DNA of 41,156 bases from positions 1-41,156 of the forward strand of contig JBIIYK010000002.1 in assembly GCA_044346845.1 (NCBI GenBank). Direction: 5' to 3'. This DNA is from Minisyncoccia bacterium (GTDB taxonomy: Bacteria > Patescibacteriota > Minisyncoccia > Phycocordibacterales > GWA1-40-21). The notes under the pieces were generated by a model, which was not told the DNA's origin, searched no databases, and saw only the letters and a list, made by a program, of their open reading frames with translations. Of the stretch, positions 16,313 through 25,090 are shown one piece after another. Within the stretch, counting starts at the first letter, position 1. Each line of letters begins with the position of its first letter. A program made the translations under genes and the position numbers.

Positions 16313-17365
16313 TTATTTCATTACAGTATACACGCTTGAAAGCTCTAGACCAAGAGCCCAAGCTGAGAAGCCGAGAAGCCCACGCCCTTTTATTAAAGAT
16401 ATTTTTTGTTTGACACTTTTAGCATTTTCATACCAGATAGTGTAGCCCTTGCCTTCTTTCCAATAATGAAAAAAGGGGGCTTGTTCTTCCTCGCTGTAAT
16501 AGTAATCAGCTTTGTACTTTTTCAAAACATTCTGCATTCCTTCATTACCAATAATTCCAACTCGTTTGCCGTCTAGATGACGCCACTGCCAACAATAAAA
16601 AGCTAAACCGAGTGATATCTTTTCTTTAGGAATTTTAGTAAGACTAAAGTCAATCACCTTATTTAACCAGATGTACCCCGTTACTGGACCAGAAGAATTT
16701 GGGTCATCATAGGACATAATACTAATAAAGTCAGAGCTTCTACCAAGTCTCCCATAGTCATAAACACCTATTATCCTCTGCCATAAATTATTTGGGTAAT
16801 CCCCTGGAGTTTCAGACACCTGAGCAATGACCGCTACACTCAACTTTAAATTATTTTTTTGAAAAATTTTATAAGTTCTCTCAATAAACTCTGAAAATTT
16901 GTCTCGATAAGAAAGGTCCATCTGTTCAAAATCTATCTGCCAACCGATATAATTAAAATCTTTAGCTTCTAAAACCAAATTATTAATTAGGATATCTTGT
17001 TTAGCAGGACTGTCCAGAAACATCTGACTAGTACTTGCACTAAAAGCGCCATTGGTTAAAAGCGGCATCACTTTTATTTTATTTTTTTTAGCAAAAGCTA
17101 ATAAATCTGGTTTTACCGTTCCTATCAAGTACCCGTTCTTGTCAGCCATATAACTTTGTGGAGCAAAAATATCTATTGAGCCAGGGTGAGCAAAAAAAGA
17201 TTTCCGCGCATTTGACCCTTCCACATAATAAAATAAACGTTCGTATTTTACCGTGGCTGCTTCTACCTTAACCACCCCCACCGCACCTTTATCCAATGAG
17301 GGAAAAAGAAAAACACCAAACAACATTATTCCTAAAAATATTAAATTAAAAAATCTTTTTTGCAC
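16313..17365 (-). CDS. Secreted glycoside hydrolase family 18 protein
   Basis: Signal-peptide-like N-terminus and the GH18 catalytic-strand motif GWQIDFE (D-x-E). GTG start preceded by TACAAT-N6. Confidence 0.7.
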   Translation of the reverse strand: MQKRFFNLIFLGIMLFGVFLFPSLDKGAVGVVKVEAATVKYERLFYYVEGSNARKSFFAHPGSIDIFAPQSYMADKNGYLIGTVKPDLLAFAKKNKIKVMPLLTNGAFSASTSQMFLDSPAKQDILINNLVLEAKDFNYIGWQIDFEQMDLSYRDKFSEFIERTYKIFQKNNLKLSVAVIAQVSETPGDYPNNLWQRIIGVYDYGRLGRSSDFISIMSYDDPNSSGPVTGYIWLNKVIDFSLTKIPKEKISLGLAFYCWQWRHLDGKRVGIIGNEGMQNVLKKYKADYYYSEEEQAPFFHYWKEGKGYTIWYENAKSVKQKISLIKGRGLLGFSAWALGLELSSVYTVMK

Positions 17366-17499
17366 AGAGATATTGTAGCATGAAAAAAGGCACCCCAGGT
17401 GGAGTGACTTTGGTGGTAAGTTGGGACCTTATTAAACAGTATGGAGGAGAGTTAGTATCTCTATAAGCGACGCTACCAGCGTCGCCAAAGAAACACCGA

Positions 17500-17703
17500 C
17501 TATTTTGACATCTTGATTGCTGTAAATATCATGTATATTGCTGCTAGACCTACCAAGTCATACACAATCTTTGCTCCAACCATCCAATTACTAAAAATCC
17601 AAGCAACTAGATCAAATCCCCAAATTCCAAATAATCCCCAGTTTAATCCACCGATAATTACAAGAACTATCGCAATCCAATCCCAAGCGTTTAGCCTACT
17701 CAT
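17500..17703 (-). CDS. DUF378-family small membrane protein
   Basis: 67 aa with two TM helices. IGGLNWGL.G...FDLV is characteristic of DUF378. Confidence 0.7.
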   Translation of the reverse strand: MSRLNAWDWIAIVLVIIGGLNWGLFGIWGFDLVAWIFSNWMVGAKIVYDLVGLAAIYMIFTAIKMSK

Positions 17704-17758
17704 TTAATTTATTATTTAATTTAATAAAAGATAAATAAATTTAACGACCTTTGTGTAT

Positions 17759-17788
17759 ATTATACATCCACTGTCTAAAGGTCGTCAA
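17759..17788 (-). promoter_or_regulatory. Candidate sigma-70 promoter TTGACG-N18-TATAAT upstream of the DUF378 gene, embedded in a 9-bp inverted repeat (ACGACCTTT/AAAGGTCGT)
   Basis: Complement of 17783-17788 is TTGACG and complement of 17759-17764 is TATAAT. The arms 17743-17751 and 17777-17785 are complementary. Confidence 0.45.
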
Positions 17789-17925
17789 CATCTATTCCAA
17801 AAATACAAAGAGAAAACCTATCTTGTGACAGAAAAAAGACAAGTAAAATTATGAGAGGGTGTTAGAAACTAGCAAAAAATAGCTTATCCTTAAACTAATC
17901 GACGAAGCTTGTTTTATCAAAAAAA

Positions 17926-19167
17926 TCACAAAAACAATAGATCTCTTTCCACATCATTAGCATCAGTCCCGCTGGTCTTTCTTTTAATCGCCTTTTGAGT
18001 TGAGGCTAAGTAAACCACCTTCTTGCCAAACTTCTTCTCTAAAGAGTCAATCTGCTCATGAACAATTTCAAATTTATTCTTTTGGACACTACCACCAAAG
18101 AGATCGTTTTGAGTGACAGCAGAAGAAACAAGGTCATGAAGGGTTACGCCAGCTGTTCGGTACGGAGTACCCTGATAATGAATCTCTTTTAGTTTTTCAC
18201 CAATCAAAGTTACAATTACCTCTGGAGCGTTAGTTGGTGAATTTAAACTTACCGAACAAGTATGATATTCAAAGTTACTGGTCTTAAGAAAAAAGGAAAC
18301 CTTTTTAGCAACAAGTTTAAAATGTCTAGCTTTAGTACAGGCCTCCTCGACATGTTTTGATAATTGGGAAAGTAAAAAAATCTTATCATTAGTAGCTGGA
18401 TGGAAAGTCCTAGTCTTTTGAATTGAAGAATATGCTGTTTTAGGTTCAGAATCTATTTCGATACAATAAATACCATTAAGTTCTTGCCAGATTACTTCAT
18501 ATGGTTTAGATAAATTATTTCTAACCCAAGAAATATCTTTATTAATAAAGTCCAGTGCGGTTTTTATCCCCCTCCTCTCCAAAGACTCTGATGTCCGGGG
18601 ACCGATTCCCCAAATTTTACCTATAGGGGTTTTAACTAAAAATTCTTTAACTTTATCTCTTTCAATAACTGTTAAACCATTTGGCTTGACCCATTTTGAA
18701 GCAATTTTTGCTAGAACTTTTGTTGGAGCCACACCAAGTGAGACAGATAGATCAAGTTCTTCATTTACTTCTTTTTTTATTCTCTCTGCTATTTGTTTAT
18801 AGCTCATCTTAAGGGGTTGTTCCAAACCAGTAAGATCACCAAAACATTCATCAATACTATATTCTTCCACGTCATCAACATAACGACGGACAATATCAAA
18901 CATCAAACTTGAATATTTAGCGTAGGATTTATAATCCCCAGGAATAATAATAACTTGGGGAAAATGTTTCTTTATCTGATAGATGGGCATACCGCGCTTA
19001 ACACCAAGAGCTTTAGCTTCATATGATAAAGCAGTGACAATTCCCCTCTCTTCTCCAGTCACTACTGGCTTACCTTTTAATTTCGGATTCTTGGCGACTT
19101 CTACGCCGACAAAAAAAGCATCTCCATCAATATGTAAAATTGTCTTATTTTTAGGAGGCTTATCCAT
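17926..19167 (-). CDS. dinB: Y-family DNA polymerase IV
   Basis: ILHIDGDAFFVGVE and YSIDECFGDLTG catalytic motifs, followed by HhH and little-finger regions. Confidence 0.85.
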   Translation of the reverse strand: MDKPPKNKTILHIDGDAFFVGVEVAKNPKLKGKPVVTGEERGIVTALSYEAKALGVKRGMPIYQIKKHFPQVIIIPGDYKSYAKYSSLMFDIVRRYVDDVEEYSIDECFGDLTGLEQPLKMSYKQIAERIKKEVNEELDLSVSLGVAPTKVLAKIASKWVKPNGLTVIERDKVKEFLVKTPIGKIWGIGPRTSESLERRGIKTALDFINKDISWVRNNLSKPYEVIWQELNGIYCIEIDSEPKTAYSSIQKTRTFHPATNDKIFLLSQLSKHVEEACTKARHFKLVAKKVSFFLKTSNFEYHTCSVSLNSPTNAPEVIVTLIGEKLKEIHYQGTPYRTAGVTLHDLVSSAVTQNDLFGGSVQKNKFEIVHEQIDSLEKKFGKKVVYLASTQKAIKRKTSGTDANDVERDLLFL

Positions 19168-19182
19168 CTACCCATTATAGGT

Positions 19183-19194
19183 GAACATTTGTTC
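19183..19194. promoter_or_regulatory. LexA (Cheo-type) SOS box GAACATTTGTTC inside the dinB promoter spacer
   Basis: A perfect GAAC-N4-GTTC palindrome lies inside TCGACA(19197-19202c)-N17-TATAAT(19174-19179c). The -10 ends 6 nt before the dinB ATG. Confidence 0.65.
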
Positions 19195-19257
19195 ACTGTC
19201 GAATTTTCTGCCCTACGTCGCAGACTCCTCAGGACACTCCATTTTTTAGAAACACAA

Positions 19258-19281
19258 AATCCTGATTTAAAAATCAGGATT
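19258..19281 (-). terminator. Terminator hairpin downstream of tRNA-His
   Basis: AATCCTGATTT-AA-AAATCAGGATT, followed on the minus strand by UUGUGUUUCU. Confidence 0.5.
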
Positions 19282-19294
19282 GATGTGTAAAAAA

Positions 19295-19368
19295 TGGGTG
19301 GCTAGAGAGAATTGAACTCTCGATACAGGTTCCACAAACCTGAGTTTTACCACTAAACTATAGCCACC
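19295..19368 (-). tRNA. tRNA-His (anticodon GUG) with genome-encoded G-1
   Basis: Manual cloverleaf: G-1 + GUGGCUA acceptor / UAGCCAC + C73, D-arm AGUUUAGUGGUAAAAC, anticodon arm CAGGU-UUGUGGA-ACCUG, T-arm GAGAG-UUCAAUU-CUCUC. Confidence 0.85.
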
Positions 19369-19844
19369 ATAAGCTTTCTTGCCTCAATATCATAGTGATG
19401 AATGAGGTGATGGCAATTGTGACACAGCCAGACCAAATTTTCAACCCTATTATCCCTTCTATCCTTATTTAGATGGTGTCCAGCAAGAACACGTTTATCA
19501 TTAGTTTTACATAATCTGCAAACGGCCAGAATTTTATTTCTAATTAAAACATCTCGATAGGTAGACCGGCCGTCTTTATAATTTGCATGCTTTTTACCTA
19601 TAAAGTAAGAGTTTCGCCAGATTGTTTGGCAGGACTTACCACAAAAATATTTTTTACTCTTTGATTTGGCTATTCGAGCCTTTGGATGATAAACGACTTT
19701 GCCACAAGTAAAACAAGGGATATTCTCCCCCACTTTTGAGGCGATGTATTTACAATTTAATGAACAATATTTTCCACCACCACTCTTTACCCAAGATGGT
19801 TTTGTATAAAAAGGAATTTTACAATTTAAGCATTTAGCAATCAT
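19353..19844 (-). CDS. HNH endonuclease with N-terminal CxxC zinc-finger repeats
   Basis: C-terminal HH..........N....LC..CH..IH is the HNH motif. There are four or more CxxC pairs N-terminally. The last 16 nt overlap the 5' end of tRNA-His. Confidence 0.75.
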   Translation of the reverse strand: MIAKCLNCKIPFYTKPSWVKSGGGKYCSLNCKYIASKVGENIPCFTCGKVVYHPKARIAKSKSKKYFCGKSCQTIWRNSYFIGKKHANYKDGRSTYRDVLIRNKILAVCRLCKTNDKRVLAGHHLNKDRRDNRVENLVWLCHNCHHLIHHYDIEARKLMVAIV

Positions 19845-19911
19845 GCCTTAAGTATATCATCAAATAGTTATTAAGACAACTTCTGAATATTTCAGAAATA
19901 TCAGTGCTTCC

Positions 19912-20472
19912 CTATTCGTAACTGGGGCTATTTTCCTTAACACCACTTTTATGGGCGGAAAGTCTAGCTAGGGCAAATAAAAGACTAGATAAACGATTTA
20001 TATAAGCTAAAGTATTTGGAGAGACTTTGACTATACCCTCTTCCACTACCGCCACCACCTGCCTTTCCGTTCTTCTGATCAATGTTCTAGCAAAGTCTAG
20101 CTCGGCTGACTCCACACAAACCCCTGGGATAACAAAAGAAGTGATAGGGGGAATTTCTTTTTCTATACCAGAAATCAAATCTTCAACTTCTTTTATTTTC
20201 CCCTCATTAACATCTTTATCTGCTCCAGCCACCTCAGCTTGAATAGTAAAAAGATTTTCCTGCATCTCTTGAATGATGTCCGCCGCCCTTTCTGGACCCA
20301 CGGAAAATAAAGTAATATTTCTTTCAGCTAATTTAGCCTTAACAACTCCTAAAAATGAATTTGCCTCATCTAAAGAACCCAAAGCTTCAGCCACCAAGGA
20401 ACTTTTAGACATTCTCTGGTCACAATGAAATAAACTTGTTTTACCATCATCTCCACTTTTTGTGTATAACAT
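19912..20472 (-). CDS. ATP:cob(I)alamin adenosyltransferase, PduO type
   Basis: N-terminal YTKSGDDGKTSL motif. The start is set at ATG 20470-20472, preceded by TATAAT-N7. The track start at 20523 would overlap tRNA-Leu. Confidence 0.8.
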   Translation of the reverse strand: MLYTKSGDDGKTSLFHCDQRMSKSSLVAEALGSLDEANSFLGVVKAKLAERNITLFSVGPERAADIIQEMQENLFTIQAEVAGADKDVNEGKIKEVEDLISGIEKEIPPITSFVIPGVCVESAELDFARTLIRRTERQVVAVVEEGIVKVSPNTLAYINRLSSLLFALARLSAHKSGVKENSPSYE

Positions 20473-20496
20473 AATATCTATTATAACACTCTTTTG

Positions 20497-20580
20497 TGCG
20501 CGGGGGGAGACTTGAACTCCCATGCCTGTAAAGGCGCTACCACCTCAAGGTAGTACGTCTACCAATTTCGCCACCCGCGC
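20497..20580 (-). tRNA. tRNA-Leu (anticodon GAG), type II with a long variable arm
   Basis: Acceptor GCGCGGG/CCCGCGC plus discriminator A, anticodon arm CUACC-UUGAGGU-GGUAG, long variable arm, T-arm GGGAG-UUCAAGU-CUCCC. Confidence 0.9.
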
Positions 20581-20588
20581 ATGAAGGA

Positions 20589-20617
20589 AATATAGCTTAA
20601 AACTCCTAAAAATTCAA
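20589..20617 (-). promoter_or_regulatory. Promoter TTGAAT-N17-TATATT for tRNA-Leu
   Basis: Complement of 20612-20617 is TTGAAT and complement of 20589-20594 is TATATT, with a 17-nt spacer. The -10 ends 8 nt before the tRNA 5' end. Confidence 0.5.
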
Positions 20618-20620
20618 CAA

Positions 20621-20657
20621 TAAAAGCCGTAAGGTATTGCTTTTTCGTGCCTTACGG
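20621..20657 (-). terminator. Rho-independent terminator downstream of rplS
   Basis: Minus strand: CCGUAAGG-(15 nt)-CCUUACGG followed by CUUUUAUUGUUG. Confidence 0.6.
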
Positions 20658-20752
20658 ACTGAGATTTTCAGCAGAAAATTGAGGGAGTAGAGAAATAATT
20701 TTGTGACGACAAAATTATTATCGTGCAAAGAAAAAGGAATGCCTTACGGCTT

Positions 20753-21136
20753 TTATTTTGCTTCAACAGGAGCTTCTACCGCCACCTCTTTAGCATTAAT
20801 GATATTCTTCATCTTTCGGCGAATCTCTTTAGCCGCCTTATCTCGAACATTATAAAGTTTTGATCTTCTAGTTTTTGATTTTCTGACCACTTCTATCTTA
20901 TCAATGTTTGGTGAATAAAATGGGAAAATTCTTTCTACCCCCACCCCATCAATAACCTTTCTAACAGTCATAGTTCCACCTGCCTCATTACCGTGTTTAC
21001 GAGCAATCATCAAACCTTCAAAAATCTGGATTCTAGACTTATCCCCTTCTGTAATTTTCTGGTGGACACGCACAGTATCACCAGCTTTTAGGACAAGCTT
21101 CTTTCTTTCTTCAATATTTATTGATGAAATTTTCAT
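20753..21136 (-). CDS. rplS: 50S ribosomal protein L19
   Basis: GD.V.V......EG.K.R.Q.FEG..IA....G....TVRK...GVGVER.FP is the L19 signature. Confidence 0.95.
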   Translation of the reverse strand: MKISSINIEERKKLVLKAGDTVRVHQKITEGDKSRIQIFEGLMIARKHGNEAGGTMTVRKVIDGVGVERIFPFYSPNIDKIEVVRKSKTRRSKLYNVRDKAAKEIRRKMKNIINAKEVAVEAPVEAK

Positions 21137-21142
21137 TCCCGT

Positions 21143-21171
21143 AATCTAGCACACTTAATAAAAATTCGCAA
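21143..21171 (-). promoter_or_regulatory. Promoter TTGCGA-N17-TAGATT, ending 6 nt before the rplS ATG (leaderless-type)
   Basis: Complement of 21166-21171 is TTGCGA and complement of 21143-21148 is TAGATT, with an exact 17-nt spacer. Confidence 0.5.
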
Positions 21172-21172
21172 A

Positions 21173-21904
21173 TTATTTAAAGAAATCTACCGCCTTCTGA
21201 AAATCAGCTGGATAAGGCGCCACTATTTTAATGATTTCACCTACTTTAGCCCCTCCTAAAGTAGGTAACTCAAATTCTATTGAATAAGCGTGAAGGGCCA
21301 ATCTAGAGATTTCTAACGGTGACTTTTTATGAACACCGTATAACTTATCCCCAATTATTCCATGCCCCATGTCCGTAAAATGCACCCTAAGCTGGTGAGT
21401 TCTCCCTGTTCTAGGATTAGCCTCAATTAAAGATATTTTATCTTTCCTAGCCAAAGTCTTATAGTGAGTGATCGCTTCTTTTTCTTCTCCCCTTACTTCT
21501 TTGCCAGTCGCTCGTTTACGAAAATCACTTTTATTCCTACCAATGGGCAAATTAATTATCCCTTCATCATAACGAACGTTGCCATAAACCACCGCGTGAT
21601 AAGCTTTTTCTATCTCTCTATCTAAAAACTGCTTCTTAATAAAATCATAAGTCTTCTGATTTTTAGCAATGAGAACTATGCCGGAAGTTTCCCTATCAAT
21701 CCTATGTACTATTCCCCAACGTTTAATAACTTCCCCTGTCCCAATCTGTAATGGTTCCCCCACATTTTCTGCTTGAGGATATTTTTCCTTAACCCAATCT
21801 GTTAAAGTTTCCTCTTTGGTTCGGCCGTCAGCGTGAATAACAAGACCGGACGGTTTATTCACCGCCAATAAATTACTGTCTTCATAAAGAATTGAAACCT
21901 CCAT
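21173..21904 (-). CDS. RluA-family pseudouridine synthase
   Basis: HRIDRETSGIVLIAK catalytic-Asp motif, and RTGRTHQLRVH. Confidence 0.85.
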   Translation of the reverse strand: MEVSILYEDSNLLAVNKPSGLVIHADGRTKEETLTDWVKEKYPQAENVGEPLQIGTGEVIKRWGIVHRIDRETSGIVLIAKNQKTYDFIKKQFLDREIEKAYHAVVYGNVRYDEGIINLPIGRNKSDFRKRATGKEVRGEEKEAITHYKTLARKDKISLIEANPRTGRTHQLRVHFTDMGHGIIGDKLYGVHKKSPLEISRLALHAYSIEFELPTLGGAKVGEIIKIVAPYPADFQKAVDFFK

Positions 21905-21905
21905 G

Positions 21906-21978
21906 TGGGCGATACAGGACTCGAACCTGTGACATCTTCAGTGTAAATGAAGCGCTCTACCAACTGAGCTAATCGCCC
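21906..21978 (-). tRNA. tRNA-Val (anticodon UAC)
   Basis: Acceptor GGGCGAU/AUCGCCC plus A73, D-arm GCUC-AGUUGGUA-GAGC, anticodon arm CUUCA-UUUACAC-UGAAG, T-arm ACAGG-UUCGAGU-CCUGU. Confidence 0.9.
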
Positions 21979-21982
21979 GCTG

Positions 21983-22054
21983 TGCCCTCGGTAGGAATCG
22001 AACCTACATCAAAGCCTTAGAAGAGCTCTGTTCTATCCATTGAACTACGAAGGC
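21983..22054 (-). tRNA. tRNA-Arg (anticodon UCU)
   Basis: Acceptor GCCUUCG/CGAGGGC (one G-U pair) plus A73, anticodon arm GAGCU-CUUCUAA-GGCUU, T-arm GUAGG-UUCGAUU-CCUAC. Confidence 0.85.
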
Positions 22055-22100
22055 AAAAGACTGGCCATGAGAATATAACAGTTTTAGGCTGATGGGTCAA

Positions 22101-22424
22101 CTATTTAAGATGATTATTTTGTAACATCAGAAAATCTGCTTGCTGGTTTTCCAAAAGAGAAATATTTTCCTTTAAAATTTTTTCATTAATAGTTTTTACT
22201 GGAATAGTTGAGAAATCAATCTTTGGTTCAAAATATCCGCCCGCTATTTTATCACTTAGATATATCTGCCAAGAGAAAATAGTCAGTGAAGTCAAGCCAA
22301 CGGCAAAGACCAGAACAGCAATCTTCCAATCCCTCACATAATATACCGGCCAAGCAACTGATGACCTAACCTCTGGGACGTTTAACTTTTTCTTAAAAAG
22401 ATTTTTAAAATTTATTTTAATCAT
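22101..22424 (-). CDS. Single-pass membrane protein, last gene of the pilMNO cluster
   Basis: 4-nt ATGA overlap with the upstream gene and one TM helix. No motif. Confidence 0.5.
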   Translation of the reverse strand: MIKINFKNLFKKKLNVPEVRSSVAWPVYYVRDWKIAVLVFAVGLTSLTIFSWQIYLSDKIAGGYFEPKIDFSTIPVKTINEKILKENISLLENQQADFLMLQNNHLK

Positions 22425-22993
22425 TTTATTTTAAGTTTAGCGACAGAAAAATCCAAGTCTGCTGACCAAATAACCTTATTACTCGCCCCTTCACCAGCTG
22501 AAAGTATCTCAGAGCTAGAATTAAAAGAAACCCCGCTTAATAAAGACACCTTTGGTAAACTCTCAATCGCTAGCAGAAAATTAAAAACATTATTCCAACT
22601 TCCTGATATATTGAATCTGTATCTGATAGAGGAAACAACTTCCGACGTTGGTAGTCCTGAAATTGCCTCATAATCTAACGTCTTCTTCTGAGTAACGTTC
22701 ATTTTTTTTGCTAAATCTTCTAAATATTTAGTAAACTCCACTGTCTCAGAATCACCTGGCCCCACAAAATATCCGATCAATTTTTCTCTATCAAGTTTGG
22801 TACTGGAAACAGAGTCCTTCAAAGTCAGCTCACCTTCTCTTTTTTGGGAAGAAATCTCTAACTGTTTAATCTTATCATTGATACTAACAATTTTATTCAA
22901 GAGAAGATTGGTAAAGATAAAAGATAAAACCACCACGCAGACAAAAACAACAATGGACACAATTAATATTTTTTTAGAGTGAATTAATCTCAT
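22421..22993 (-). CDS. pilO: PilO-like type IV pilus assembly protein
   Basis: N-terminal TM helix, coiled coil, then a ferredoxin-like C-terminal region. Position after pilM-pilN and translational coupling support the call, which rests on architecture and synteny. Confidence 0.5.
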   Translation of the reverse strand: MRLIHSKKILIVSIVVFVCVVVLSFIFTNLLLNKIVSINDKIKQLEISSQKREGELTLKDSVSSTKLDREKLIGYFVGPGDSETVEFTKYLEDLAKKMNVTQKKTLDYEAISGLPTSEVVSSIRYRFNISGSWNNVFNFLLAIESLPKVSLLSGVSFNSSSEILSAGEGASNKVIWSADLDFSVAKLKIK

Positions 22994-23535
22994 AATGTAA
23001 TTTTGATATTTAAGGTAAATGAGATATCTCCATCCTTGGCAAAATCAGACACAGGAGACACAATATCTATAAAACCAGATTTTACCTTTAAATCTTCTAT
23101 AAATTTTACCAACCCTTCCCTATTTTGGGCCACACCACTAACCAAAAACTGGCCTTGTTGTTTGTCAAAAATGCTAAAGGATAATTTAGTAATCTCAATA
23201 CTAGAATTTTTATTCTTAATTATTTTATTAAAATAAACCGAAGGCACAAAATTATTTTTTTCATACAAATCTACCGCTCTCATCTCTTCTAACGTCTGAC
23301 TAACTATCTGGTTAGCACTTTCGCCAATATTCTCCTTGTTCTCAGCGCTGATAAATGACTTGAATTGTTCAGCTACTATCTGATCTTTTTTATTAACCGC
23401 AAAATAATAAGGAACGACATAGGCTAAAAAGAAAAGACCCAGGAGCGAACAAATAAAAATAGAAACAGAATATAATCTAACTAAATAATCTATTTTTATA
23501 ACCCTTTTTTGTTTTTCTGTAATTAAATTAGCCAT
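22990..23535 (-). CDS. pilN: PilN-like type IV pilus assembly protein
   Basis: A short cytoplasmic N-terminus, one TM helix and a periplasmic domain, immediately after pilM. Confidence 0.5.
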   Translation of the reverse strand: MANLITEKQKRVIKIDYLVRLYSVSIFICSLLGLFFLAYVVPYYFAVNKKDQIVAEQFKSFISAENKENIGESANQIVSQTLEEMRAVDLYEKNNFVPSVYFNKIIKNKNSSIEITKLSFSIFDKQQGQFLVSGVAQNREGLVKFIEDLKVKSGFIDIVSPVSDFAKDGDISFTLNIKITL

Positions 23536-23538
23536 AAA

Positions 23539-24603
23539 TTAAAATAAACTAAGTCCATTAATTACCGCTAAATCTTCTGAATCCACTAGACTTATTTCTG
23601 GGGTATGAGTGTTTATGTCAAAACTATTAGCCCAAACATTAGCAACATCCACCTTCATATTTAGATTCAGTGATAAATATTTGTCAAAACCAACAATTAA
23701 AGAATCTCGCCCACACAAAATAACTTTGTCCACTTGGCCGGTCACATCCTCTCTCTGATTACAGTAAGATATAAATTTATAAATCTCATCTTTAATTGCC
23801 GAGATAGTATTTATAAAATAAGAAAATATTTCCACATTATCTAAATTTTCACTATACAATTTTTCTTTTTTAATTTTCAAAGCTTCTTCCGGAGAAATCT
23901 TAAAATATCTAGCTAACAGATCTGTAAAAGTAGACCCACCAAAATTTATAGATGAAGTCTGACAAACTATTCCATAAATAACCAATGACAAAACTATATT
24001 TGCTTCCCTAATATTAGCTATAACAATCACCTGCTGGTTAGAGTCTCTGATCACCGCTTTAGCCACATTATTTGACTCCGGGCTAAAAAAAATTGGAGCT
24101 AAACCAGCAAGCTCAAAAACTGACTGCAGTTCTTCTATTATTTTAAGGGGGGCCACCGAAACCACCACCTCCATACCATTCTTTGTTTTAGAATTAGGAA
24201 CAATGTCATAGTCAAAAACCGCTTCTTTAGAAGACAATGGAACATTTTCCTCTATTTTAAAATCTAAAATATCATGAATTTCTTTAGGCTCTAAAATGGG
24301 TAAGCTGGTTTTAAAGATATAAGTTTTTTCTTCTGGTATTGATAATCTAACAAAATTTACTTTAACCTTCTTTTTAAGATCAACTAAAGCCTTAACAACT
24401 AAATCTTTTTTAACTATTTCCCCATTAAGCACAGCATCAGACGGTAATGGGATAACTCCATAAATATCTGGCAAAACTCCCTGTTCAGTATTCTTGGTGA
24501 GCATATAAGAAATACCGGTAGATAAAATTTCTACTGAGACAGATGGCATCTCTAAAAATCTTGGAGGGGTAAATAATTTTGAGTATGATACTTTATTGGA
24601 CAT
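23539..24603 (-). CDS. pilM: PilM-like actin-fold type IV pilus assembly ATPase
   Basis: About 355 aa with an actin/FtsA-like layout (GGSTFTD phosphate-2-like motif) at the head of the pilMNO-type cluster. The start is chosen at ATG 24601-24603; the track start at 24633 is a GTG. Confidence 0.65.
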   Translation of the reverse strand: MSNKVSYSKLFTPPRFLEMPSVSVEILSTGISYMLTKNTEQGVLPDIYGVIPLPSDAVLNGEIVKKDLVVKALVDLKKKVKVNFVRLSIPEEKTYIFKTSLPILEPKEIHDILDFKIEENVPLSSKEAVFDYDIVPNSKTKNGMEVVVSVAPLKIIEELQSVFELAGLAPIFFSPESNNVAKAVIRDSNQQVIVIANIREANIVLSLVIYGIVCQTSSINFGGSTFTDLLARYFKISPEEALKIKKEKLYSENLDNVEIFSYFINTISAIKDEIYKFISYCNQREDVTGQVDKVILCGRDSLIVGFDKYLSLNLNMKVDVANVWANSFDINTHTPEISLVDSEDLAVINGLSLF

Positions 24604-24702
24604 TTTTTTACCTACCCACCGTAGTGAAAACACACAAGCAGGTCTCCATACATTGTAACATCTTTTGGAAAAGAATTAAACGAAATTTCTTTTTCTTGAA
24701 AA

Positions 24703-25089
24703 TTAATTTGCCTTGGAACCTGGTTCCACCTCATCACTAACTTCAAAAAGAGAGAACGGCTTATCTCCTCCCCCAGTAGCTAAGAGCATACCGTTGCTTT
24801 CTAACCCCATTAAAGGCCTAGGTTCTAAATTAGTCACAAAAGTGCATTTCTTATTTATCAAGTCTTCAATCTGTGGAAAATATTTAGCAATACCAGAAAC
24901 TATCTGCCGTGGACCAGCTGGTTCAGCAAAATCAACTGAGAGTTTTAGAAGTTTTTCTGACTTTTCTATTCTTTCAACACTCAAAATTTTACCAACTTTT
25001 ATTTCTACTTTCTTAAAATCTTCATACTTTATTTTAGGGGCTTCAACAACTACAACCTCATTTTCTTTTTTAATATTTTCTTCAGTCAT
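24703..25089 (-). CDS. tRNA-binding domain protein (CsaA/Trbp111/MetRS C-terminal-like)
   Basis: F.K.D.RVGKI..VE....S.KL.KL.VD.G....RQIVSGI..YY resembles the OB-fold tRNA-binding domain. Confidence 0.75.
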   Translation of the reverse strand: MTEENIKKENEVVVVEAPKIKYEDFKKVEIKVGKILSVERIEKSEKLLKLSVDFAEPAGPRQIVSGIAKYFPQIEDLINKKCTFVTNLEPRPLMGLESNGMLLATGGGDKPFSLFEVSDEVEPGSKAN

Positions 25090-25090
25090 A

